Source: Micrococcus luteus NCTC 2665 (GTDB lineage: Bacteria; Actinomycetota; Actinomycetes; Actinomycetales; Micrococcaceae). From it: a stretch of DNA of 32,000 bases. Positions within the stretch are counted from its first letter, which is position 1. Each line of letters opens with the position of its first letter. Positions 1 through 8,045 of this stretch are shown here, piece by piece. The stretch covers positions 900,001-932,000 of the forward strand of contig NC_012803.1 of the NCBI RefSeq assembly GCF_000023205.1. Direction: 5' to 3'. The notes under the pieces are model-generated. The model was not told the DNA's origin and made no database searches. It worked only from the letters and a program-made list of their open reading frames with translations. The translations under genes were made by a program, and so were the position numbers.

Positions 1-676
<676 letters not shown>

Positions 677-680
<4 letters not shown>

Positions 681-1366
681 GCGCGCCCGCCGCCTCGTCG
701 GCGGGCCTGCCGGAGGGCGCCCGCGTCGTGCTCGCCACGCACAACGCGGGCAAGGTGCGCGAGCTGCGGCAGCTGCTCGCCGGCGCCGTGCCCGGCCTCG
801 AGGTGGAGACCGCGGTGGTGGACGCGGGCGCCGTGGGCGCCCCGGACGTCGTCGAGGACGGCGTCACGTTCGCCCAGAACGCGCTGAAGAAGGCCCGCGC
901 CGTGGCCGCGCACACCGGGCTGATCGCCGTCGCGGACGACTCCGGTCTGGCCGTGGACGTGCTGCACGGCGCCCCCGGGATCTTCTCGGCCCGCTGGGCC
1001 GGGCGTCACGGGGACGACCGTGCCAACCTCGAGCTGCTGCTGGCCCAGCTGGCCGACGTGCCGGACGAGCATCGGGGTGCCCAGTTCGTGTGCGCCGCCG
1101 CGCTCGCGGTCCCCAGCGGCCCGGACGCCGCGGGCGCCCGGGCCATCCACGTCGAGCACGTCGAGCACGGCCGCCTGCCCGGCACGCTGCTGCGCGAGCC
1201 CGTGGGGGACGGCGGCTTCGGCTACGACCCGATCCTGCGCCCCGAGGGCCGGGACGTGTCCACCGCGCAGCTGAGCCCCGAGGACAAGAACGCGATCAGC
1301 CACCGGGGGCACGCCTTCCGCGCCCTGCTGCCCTACCTGGTGGACGCGCTCGACGCGCGCCCGTGA
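677..1366 (+). CDS. rdgB: RdgB/HAM1 non-canonical purine NTP pyrophosphatase
   Basis: GTG at 677 overlaps the rph stop (GTGA), with GGAGGA about 7 nt upstream. Motifs present: [55 protein letters not shown]. The rph-rdgB pairing is a widely conserved arrangement. Confidence 0.93.
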
Positions 1367-2508
1367 GCGGCGGGCGCGCCCCCGTGCCGGGGCTGGACTT
1401 CACCGCGATCGACTTCGAGACCGCCAACGGCTTCCGCGGCTCCCCGTGCGCCGTGGGCGCCGTCCGGGTGCGGGACGGGGTCATGGTGGACCGTGCCGAG
1501 TGGCTGATCCGTCCGCCCGTCGGCTTCGACCGGTTCGATCCCCGCAACGTGCGCATCCACGGCATCACCGAGGACCGCGTCCTGGACGCCCCCCGGTTCG
1601 CGCAGGTGTACGACGAGCTCGCGGACTTCGTGGGGACGGACGTGCTCGCGGCGCACAACGCGGGCTTCGACGTCGGCGTCATCGAGTCCGGCCTCGAGGT
1701 CTCCGGCCGGGACGTGCCGGGCCTGGAGTTCGTGTGCACCCTGGTGCTGGCGCGCCGCGTCTACGACCTGCCCTCGTACGCCCTGCCCTCCGCGGCGCGC
1801 GAGGCCGGCTTCACCCCGGGGCGCCACCACGACGCACTGGCCGACGCCGAGGCCTGCGCGGCCATCCTCGTGGACATCGCCCGGCGTGTGCTGGGGGCGC
1901 AGCCGGCCGACGCGGACGTCCTGCCGGGGCTGACCGAGGCGCCGGCCGGCCGCGGCGTCGACCGCCTGATGCGGGCCCAGGGGCTGAGCGTCAGCGTCCT
2001 CGCCCCCCGGGCGGCGGGATCGGGCGCCGAGTCGAAGGCCACCCGCCAGGCCCGGCGCACCGAGGGCGTCTTCGACGCGCGGGTCCCGCTGCGGGACGAA
2101 CGCGCCATGCCGGACTTCATGCGCTGGCCGGACGAGGGCGTCAACCCGCCCCCGAACCCGGCCGCCGACCCGGGCCACCCCCTGTTCGGCCAGACGGTGG
2201 TGTTCACGGGCGGCATCGGCATGTCGCGTCAGAGTGCCAAGACGCGCGCGGCCGCGCAGGGTGCGCAGACTGCGAACCGGGTGGGCGCGGCCACCACGAT
2301 GCTCGTCGTCGGGGACGGCTTCGAGGCCGCGGACCTGCACCGCCCGCGCGCCGATGACGAGGCGCCGCAGGCCGTGACCACGGCGCTGGCGCACCGCAAG
2401 ACGCGGGACGCCCTGCGCCGGCGGGACCGGGGGCAGGCCATCGCCCTGGTCTCCGAGGGGGAGTTCCTGCAGATGCTCGACGGGAACTGGCCGGACGCCG
2501 CGCGCTGA
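1363..2508 (+). CDS. DEDDh (DnaQ/epsilon-like) 3'-5' exonuclease fused to a C-terminal BRCT-like domain
   Basis: GTG at 1363 overlaps the rdgB stop (GTGA). Exonuclease motifs: ExoI DFETAN, ExoII AHNAGFDVGV, ExoIII HHDALADAEA. After a linker of about 100 aa, GQTVVFTGGIGMSRQSAKTRAAAQGAQTANRVGAATTMLVVGD resembles the LigA-type BRCT fold. The 622-1362 part of track ORF 622..2508 is an out-of-frame overlap with rdgB and is discarded. Confidence 0.85.
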   Translation: MSGGRAPVPGLDFTAIDFETANGFRGSPCAVGAVRVRDGVMVDRAEWLIRPPVGFDRFDPRNVRIHGITEDRVLDAPRFAQVYDELADFVGTDVLAAHNAGFDVGVIESGLEVSGRDVPGLEFVCTLVLARRVYDLPSYALPSAAREAGFTPGRHHDALADAEACAAILVDIARRVLGAQPADADVLPGLTEAPAGRGVDRLMRAQGLSVSVLAPRAAGSGAESKATRQARRTEGVFDARVPLRDERAMPDFMRWPDEGVNPPPNPAADPGHPLFGQTVVFTGGIGMSRQSAKTRAAAQGAQTANRVGAATTMLVVGDGFEAADLHRPRADDEAPQAVTTALAHRKTRDALRRRDRGQAIALVSEGEFLQMLDGNWPDAAR

Positions 2509-2513
2509 ACCGC

Positions 2514-3668
2514 TCAGGTGGTCGCGGCGCTCCAGCGCCGGGCGGCCTCCAGGACGACCTCGCGCTCGGCGATCCACCCCGGGACGGAGGCCTCGGCCGC
2601 GGCGCGGTCCGCGGGGTCGTGCGCGCCGAACACGGCGGTGCCGTGCGCCGCGCCGAGCACCTGCCCGGCCAGCGAGGCCGTGGAGTCGGAGTCGCCGTCG
2701 TGGTTCACGCCGATCCGCATCGCCAGGGCGAGCGCCGCCGCCGGATCGGCCGGGTGCGCCGCCTGCGCGGTGAGCGCGGCATACAGCGCGATGGCCAGGG
2801 CCTCCTCCGCGACCCAGCCCTGGCCGAGCGCGGTGGGGAGGGCGCCGGGGGCGCCGGGGTCGGCGTCGACGGTGTCGGCCAGGTCGACCGCCGCGGCGAC
2901 GGCGGCGCGGGCCTCCTCGGCCTCCTCGCCCAGGCTGTCGAGCCACGCGCGGGCGTGCGCGACCGCGGCGGCCAGGTCCAGGCCGCGCAGCAGGGCCGCG
3001 ATGACGAGGGCGTACGCGGCCGCCGCGACCCACGCGGTGGGGTGGCCGTGCGTGAGGACGGCCCCCTGGCGGGCGAGGGACACGACGTGCGGGTCCTCGA
3101 GCCCCGGCACCATCCCGTACGGGGCCGAGCGCATGACCGTCCCGCAGCCCTTCGAGCCCGGGTTGTGCGGGTCGCCCGGCAGGCCCATCCCCGGTTCGGC
3201 GAGCCCGCTCAGGCACGCGGTGCCCGGCGCGCGGCGCACCTTCAGCTCCGCGTGCGCGTCGATCCAGCGGGGCGGGGCCGGGGGAGCGCCCTCGGGCAGC
3301 GCGCCGTCCTGCGTGGCGAACCAGCGCAGGCACGCGAGCCAGACGCACGCGGCGGGATCGGCCGGGACGCCGTCGTTCTGCCACTCGATCCACTCGAGCA
3401 GGCCGTCGAGCACGTACAGCGTCAGCTGCGTGTCGTCGGTGATCGGGAGGGCGTGGGCGCCCTCCTGGGCGAGCAGGTCCGCGGCGTCGGTGACGCCGGC
3501 CGGGCCGTGCACCGCCGCGATCCCCGACGCGGGGGTGAACTCGACGACGCCGCCCAGCGCGTCCCCGGCGGCACCGGCCGCGAGGAGGGCCAGGACCCGG
3601 TCGGCGTGCTCGGGGCCGGGCAGGGGTGTGGACGAGGAGGCGGTGGGCTCGGGCGCGGTGGCGGACAT
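2514..3668 (-). CDS. ADP-ribosylglycohydrolase family protein (DraG/ARH-like)
   Basis: This is the C-terminal part of track ORF 2514..4871. Family motifs: GDALGGVVEF near the N-terminus, ITDDTQLTL, and NHDGDSDSTASLAGQVLGAAHG (di-metal Asp/Thr cluster). The start is placed at ATG 3668 because TACGAT sits 6 nt upstream, consistent with a leaderless transcript. An alternative in-frame ATG lies at 3698. Confidence 0.85.
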   Translation of the reverse strand: MSATAPEPTASSSTPLPGPEHADRVLALLAAGAAGDALGGVVEFTPASGIAAVHGPAGVTDAADLLAQEGAHALPITDDTQLTLYVLDGLLEWIEWQNDGVPADPAACVWLACLRWFATQDGALPEGAPPAPPRWIDAHAELKVRRAPGTACLSGLAEPGMGLPGDPHNPGSKGCGTVMRSAPYGMVPGLEDPHVVSLARQGAVLTHGHPTAWVAAAAYALVIAALLRGLDLAAAVAHARAWLDSLGEEAEEARAAVAAAVDLADTVDADPGAPGALPTALGQGWVAEEALAIALYAALTAQAAHPADPAAALALAMRIGVNHDGDSDSTASLAGQVLGAAHGTAVFGAHDPADRAAAEASVPGWIAEREVVLEAARRWSAATT

Positions 3669-3674
3669 GTCGCC

Positions 3675-3680
3675 ATCGTA
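3675..3680 (-). promoter_or_regulatory. Candidate -10 hexamer TACGAT for a leaderless ADP-ribosylglycohydrolase transcript
   Basis: The minus strand reads TACGAT-GGCGAC-ATG. The hexamer matches the actinobacterial TANNNT -10 consensus and lies 6 nt from ATG 3668. Confidence 0.4.
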
Positions 3681-3721
3681 CGAGCCGTGCGGCGTCATGC
3701 TTATCCCGTCCGCACCCTCCC

Positions 3722-3727
3722 TAGAGT
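3722..3727 (+). promoter_or_regulatory. Candidate -10 hexamer TAGAGT for a leaderless sbcDC transcript
   Basis: TAGAGT-GGGCCGC-ATG, with 7 nt between the hexamer and ATG 3735. There is no SD sequence. The whole divergent intergenic region is only 36-66 nt long. Confidence 0.45.
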
Positions 3728-3734
3728 GGGCCGC

Positions 3735-4958
3735 ATGATCCTGCTGCACACCTCGGACTGGCATCTGGGCCGGTCGTTCCACGGCACCGGGCTGCTCGAG
3801 GCCCAGGAGGAGGTCCTGGACGCCCTGGTCGCGACCGTGACGGAGCGCGGCGTGGACGCCGTCCTGTTGGCCGGGGACGTGTACGACCGCGCGCTGCCGC
3901 CGGCGGACGCCGTCCGGCTGCTGGACCGGACGCTCACCCGGCTGCACGCGGCCGGTGCCCAGGTGGTGCTCACGAGCGGCAACCACGACTCGGCGGTGCG
4001 CCTCGGCTTCGGCGGCGAACTCCTGGCGGCCGCGGGCGTGCACGTGCGCGCGGACGCGGCGGAGCTGGACCGCCCGGTGCTGCTCCCCGAGCCCGGGGTC
4101 GACGGCGGCGCGGGCCAGACCGTGGCCGTCTACGGCATCCCCTACCTCGAACCGCGCCACCAGGGACCGGCCTGGGGCGTGGAGCCCCACCACACGGCCG
4201 TGCTGACGGAGGCGGTCCGCCGCGTCCACGCCGATCTGGCCGCCCGCCGCGCCGAGACGCCGGGGCCGGTGGCCGGCGTCGTGCTGGCCCACCTGTTCGC
4301 GGCCGGGGGCCACGGCTCCGAGTCCGAACGGGACATCGGCGAGGGTGAGCACGTCGAGCCGGACGCCCCGCCCGAGATGCTGGTGGGCACGCTGGGGCAG
4401 GTGCCGGTCTCCGTGTTCGAGGGGCTCGACTACGCGGCCCTGGGCCACCTGCACGGCCGCCAGCGGCTGGCCGAGCACGTGCGGTACTCCGGTTCTCCGC
4501 TGCCGTACTCCTTCTCCGAGGCGGGCCACCGCAAGGGCGGCTGGCTCGTCCACGTCACGGGCGGGGCCGTCACCGGCGTCGAGGCCGTGGACTGGGACGC
4601 CGGGCGGCGCCTGGCGGTGCTGTCCGGGCCGATCGAGGACCTGCTGGAGTCCCCGGAGTTCGCGTGGGCGGAGCAGTGCTGGGTGCAGGTCACCGTCACC
4701 GACGACGAACGCCCCGAGCGGGCCCTGGAGCGTCTCAAGACGCGGTTCCCCTCCGTGCTCGTCTTCCGCCACGAACCGGCCGGCGGGAGGCGGGCCCGGG
4801 AGCGGACCTACGCCCAGGTCCTGCGGCAGGCGCCCTCGGACCACGCGCTCGCGGTCGGTTTCGTGGACCACGTCCGGCAGCGGCCGGCCAGCGAGGCCGA
4901 GCAGGACCTGCTGCGGGACGCCCTCGAGGCCGCCCGCGCGGCGGAGGTGCGCGCATGA
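3735..4958 (+). CDS. sbcD: Exonuclease SbcD (Mre11-type phosphoesterase)
   Basis: MILLHTSDWHLGR, LLAGDVYDR and VLTSGNHDS are calcineurin-like nuclease motifs. The stop overlaps the sbcC start (ATGA at 4955-4958). The upstream 2619-3734 part of the track ORF is antisense shadow of the ARH gene. Confidence 0.93.
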   Translation: MILLHTSDWHLGRSFHGTGLLEAQEEVLDALVATVTERGVDAVLLAGDVYDRALPPADAVRLLDRTLTRLHAAGAQVVLTSGNHDSAVRLGFGGELLAAAGVHVRADAAELDRPVLLPEPGVDGGAGQTVAVYGIPYLEPRHQGPAWGVEPHHTAVLTEAVRRVHADLAARRAETPGPVAGVVLAHLFAAGGHGSESERDIGEGEHVEPDAPPEMLVGTLGQVPVSVFEGLDYAALGHLHGRQRLAEHVRYSGSPLPYSFSEAGHRKGGWLVHVTGGAVTGVEAVDWDAGRRLAVLSGPIEDLLESPEFAWAEQCWVQVTVTDDERPERALERLKTRFPSVLVFRHEPAGGRRARERTYAQVLRQAPSDHALAVGFVDHVRQRPASEAEQDLLRDALEAARAAEVRA

Positions 4959-7900
4959 GGATCCACCGGATGCGCCTGGAGGGGCTCGGGCCCTACGCCC
5001 AGGCGCAGGACGTCGACTTCGACCGGCTCAACGCGGGCGGCCTGTTCCTGTTGGACGGGCCCACCGGCGCGGGCAAGTCCACGGTGCTGGCCGCGCTGTG
5101 CTTCGCCCTCTACGGGACCGTGCCGGGCGGGCGGTCGGCCGAGTCGCTCGTGACCACGCTGCGCGAGCCCGGCGCGGTGATCCCCGAGGTGCAGGTCGAG
5201 TTCACCGTGCAGGGCCGGCGCTTCGAGGTGGTCCGCTCGCCCAAGCACGAGCGGCCCCGCCGGCGACGCAGCGCGGCGGGCGGCGCCACCGTCACCACGC
5301 AGGCCACGGTCTCCCTGCGGGAACGCGTGGACGGGGAGTGGACGGCGCCGCTCACCCGGGCGGACGAGGTCGGCCAGCAGATCGCGGCCGTCCTGCACCT
5401 GGACGCCGAGCAGTTCATGCAGGTGGTCCTGCTGCCCCAGGGACAGTTCGCCCAGTTCCTCATCGCGAAGTCGGATGAGCGCCGCGTCCTGCTGCGGCGG
5501 CTCTTCGGCACGCAGCGCTTCGACGGCGTCGAGGAGCACCTGCGCGTCGAGACGGCCCGGCTGGACACCGCGGTGGCGGTCGACGCGGATGCCGCCCGGA
5601 CCGCCCGGGCGCAGCTGGCCGAGGCGCTCCACGAGGCGCTCGGCCCGGACTGGCATGCGCCGGAGCCGTCACCGGACACGGACGACCGGCTGCTCGTCCT
5701 CGCCGCCGAGCGTGCGGGTCGCGCCCACGAGGACGCACGGGCCGGCCTCGCCACGGCCCGCGCCGCGGAGCAGCGGGCCCGGGTGACGGTGCGTGAGCTG
5801 GAGACCCGCGGGCGGGACCTGGCCGCGGCCGAGGCATGGGCGAGCCGTCGACGCGACCACGACGCCGAGGCCGAGACCGCCGCCGCTCGGCGCCGCGCCG
5901 TCGACGCCCATGAGCGTGCCGGGCGGGTGCTCACCGCCGGGCAGCGGGCCACCGCGGCGGCGGACGCCGCCGGCACCACGTCGGAGGCGGTGACGGAGGT
6001 CCTGGCGCACGTCGAGGACGAGCCGACCGCGGCGGCGTGGCTCGCCGCCGCCCGGGCGGACGGGGCCGCCGACGCGCCCGCCTCCCGCCGGGCGCTGGGG
6101 GAGGCCGAGCGCGCCGCGGAGGCGGTGGCGCGCTCCGTCCGGGACCGTGACCGGATGCGCGAGCTGGAGCAGGAGGCGGCCGCCGCGGCGGAGCGGCGGG
6201 CCGAGATCGACCGCGACCGCGCCGCCCTGGTCGAGTCCCGCCCCGAGCGGGAGGCGGCCGTCGCGGCACTCCGCTCGGCCGTCGAACGCGGCACCGAGCG
6301 TCTCGGTGTCCGGGAGGCCGTGGACCGCGCCGTGGACGAGGCCGCCGCGCGCCGCACGGCCGCCGAGGCCGCGGCCGCCCGCGCCGTCGAGGTCGAGACC
6401 GCGGCCCGGGCCCACCGGGAGGCACAAGAGCGGCGGAGTGAGGCCGCCGAACGGCACGTCGGTCTGCTGCGTGCCCGGTACGAGCAGGCCGCCTCCGAAC
6501 TGGCGGAGCGGCTCGTGCCCGGCGAGCCGTGCGCCGTGTGCGGCTCGCCCGAGCACCCGGCCCCGGCCGCCACCGCGGACACCACGGTGACCGAGGCGGA
6601 CGTGCGGGACGCCGAGCAGGCCCGCACCGCGGCCGACCGGGCCGCGACCGACGCCGAGACCGCCCTGCGCGCCGCCGAGCAGACCCTCCGCACGGCGCGC
6701 GAGGCCGCAGCCGGGCTCGCACCCGAGGCCGCGCGAGAGGCGCTCGATCGCGCCGAGGCCGAACGGGCCGCGCTGGACCAGGCGGCGAAGGACCTCGCCG
6801 CGGACCGCCGCCGACTGGCCGCCGCCGAGAAGGAGCACGCCGGGGCCGACGAGACCGCCGCCACGCTCACGGCCGAGGACGGCCGGCTCGCCGAGGCCGC
6901 CGCCCACCGCGCCGCCCGACTGAGCGAGCTGCGGGACGCCGTCGAGGCCGCCCGCGGTGACGCCGAGACCCTCGACGCCCGCCGCGACCAGGTCACCGCC
7001 GCACGCCGGGTCCTGGCCGCCCTCGCTGCGGCGCAGGACGAGGACGCGCGCGCCCGGGCGGTCGCCGACGAGACCGGCCAGGCGCTCACCGCCGCGCTGG
7101 CCGAACAGCACTTCGACGACGTCGACGCGGCGCGCGCGGCCCGCCTCGAGGAGACGGAGGCCGCCGCCCGCACGGCCGCCGTGCAGGAGTGGGACGCCGA
7201 ACGGGCCCGCCTCGCCGAGCTCGAGGCGAGCGAGCCCGTCCGCCGGGGCCGCGCCCTCGCCGAGGCGGGCGTCGAGCCGCCGACCGAGGAGCAGACCCGC
7301 GCCGCCGCCGAGGCGCTCGCCGCGGCCGAGGCCGCGAGCTCGTCCCGGGCGACGGCGGTCGGTCGACTCGATTCACTGGTCGCCACGGTGCGCCGACAGT
7401 CAGCTGCCCTGACCGAGGTCCTGGAGCGGTCTGCCGGGCTCATCGCCGAGCACACGCGGGTGCGGGGGCTGCTCGACCTCGTCCGCGGCGGCGGGGAGAA
7501 CCTGCTCAAGATGCCGCTGACGAGCTACGTCCTCGCCGGGCGGCTCGAGGAGGTCGCCGCCGCGGCTACCGAGCGTCTGCTCGCCATGACGGACCAGCGG
7601 TATTCGATCGAGTACTCGGACGCCGTGGGCGGGCGCGGGAACAAGGGCCTCGAACTCGTCATCCGGGACCACTATGTGGACGAGACGCGCCACCCGGCCA
7701 CGCTCTCGGGCGGCGAGACCTTCATGGCCTCCCTCGCCCTCGCCCTGGGGCTCGCGGACACCGTGCAGGCCGAAGCCGGCGGTATCGAACTGGACACGCT
7801 CTTCGTGGACGAGGGCTTCGGCTCGCTCGACGCGGACACCCTCGACGACGTCCTGGATGTCGTGGACACCCTGCGGACCGGTGGCCGGACCGTGGGCCTC

Positions 7901-7999
7901 GTCTCCCACGTCGAACGGATGAGGCAGGAGATCGGTGTGCGCCTCGAGGTGCGCAAGGACCGGCGCGGCTCGAGCCTCGCGGTGCACGACGGCGCCTGA
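4955..7999 (+). CDS. sbcC: Exonuclease SbcC (Rad50-type SMC ATPase)
   Basis: MRIHRMRLEGLGPY..LLDGPTGAGKSTVL contains the Walker A motif. QGQFAQFL is the Q-loop region. A long Ala/Glu/Arg-rich coiled coil carries a central CAVC zinc hook (6530-6541). LSGGETFMASLALALGL is the signature motif and LFVDEGFGSLD is Walker B. The ATG overlaps the sbcD stop. Confidence 0.93.
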   Translation: MRIHRMRLEGLGPYAQAQDVDFDRLNAGGLFLLDGPTGAGKSTVLAALCFALYGTVPGGRSAESLVTTLREPGAVIPEVQVEFTVQGRRFEVVRSPKHERPRRRRSAAGGATVTTQATVSLRERVDGEWTAPLTRADEVGQQIAAVLHLDAEQFMQVVLLPQGQFAQFLIAKSDERRVLLRRLFGTQRFDGVEEHLRVETARLDTAVAVDADAARTARAQLAEALHEALGPDWHAPEPSPDTDDRLLVLAAERAGRAHEDARAGLATARAAEQRARVTVRELETRGRDLAAAEAWASRRRDHDAEAETAAARRRAVDAHERAGRVLTAGQRATAAADAAGTTSEAVTEVLAHVEDEPTAAAWLAAARADGAADAPASRRALGEAERAAEAVARSVRDRDRMRELEQEAAAAAERRAEIDRDRAALVESRPEREAAVAALRSAVERGTERLGVREAVDRAVDEAAARRTAAEAAAARAVEVETAARAHREAQERRSEAAERHVGLLRARYEQAASELAERLVPGEPCAVCGSPEHPAPAATADTTVTEADVRDAEQARTAADRAATDAETALRAAEQTLRTAREAAAGLAPEAAREALDRAEAERAALDQAAKDLAADRRRLAAAEKEHAGADETAATLTAEDGRLAEAAAHRAARLSELRDAVEAARGDAETLDARRDQVTAARRVLAALAAAQDEDARARAVADETGQALTAALAEQHFDDVDAARAARLEETEAAARTAAVQEWDAERARLAELEASEPVRRGRALAEAGVEPPTEEQTRAAAEALAAAEAASSSRATAVGRLDSLVATVRRQSAALTEVLERSAGLIAEHTRVRGLLDLVRGGGENLLKMPLTSYVLAGRLEEVAAAATERLLAMTDQRYSIEYSDAVGGRGNKGLELVIRDHYVDETRHPATLSGGETFMASLALALGLADTVQAEAGGIELDTLFVDEGFGSLDADTLDDVLDVVDTLRTGGRTVGLVSHVERMRQEIGVRLEVRKDRRGSSLAVHDGA

Positions 8000-8000
8000 G

Positions 8001-8021
8001 CGGCGGGGGTGCGCCCCGCCG
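8001..8021. terminator. GC-rich hairpin between convergent sbcC and the RND gene (candidate bidirectional terminator)
   Basis: CGGCGGGG-(gtgcg)-CCCCGCCG. The stem is 7-8 bp, starts 2 nt after the sbcC stop and ends 25 nt before the RND stop. There is no U-tract. Confidence 0.35.
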
Positions 8022-8045
8022 CCCCGGCCCGCGCCACGCGTGAGG

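Noticed and set aside
1333-3393. Very long alternative-frame and antisense ORFs: 1333..3393(-), 5110..7509(-), 5669..7111(-), 16032..18422(-), 17945..19315(-), 19518..22088(-), 21983..23203(-), 23110..24948(-), 25229..27505(-), 27445..30021(-), 29723..31963(-), 9690..11258(+), 11143..12852(+) and 12871..14637(+).
   Set aside because: Each overlaps a gene with a clear family identity on the other strand or in another frame. Their products are Arg/Pro/Gly/Ala low-complexity strings, typical of stop-codon-poor shadow frames in very GC-rich DNA. They lack the pattern of G/C at nearly every third codon position seen in the real frames.
5650-7400. Highly repetitive Ala/Glu/Arg-rich stretch that looks like a repeat array and generates ORFs in all six frames.
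   Set aside because: It is the antiparallel coiled-coil of SbcC, flanked by Walker A and signature/Walker B motifs and centred on the CxxC zinc hook. It has no regular unit length and no spacer structure, so it is not CRISPR or a tandem-repeat locus.
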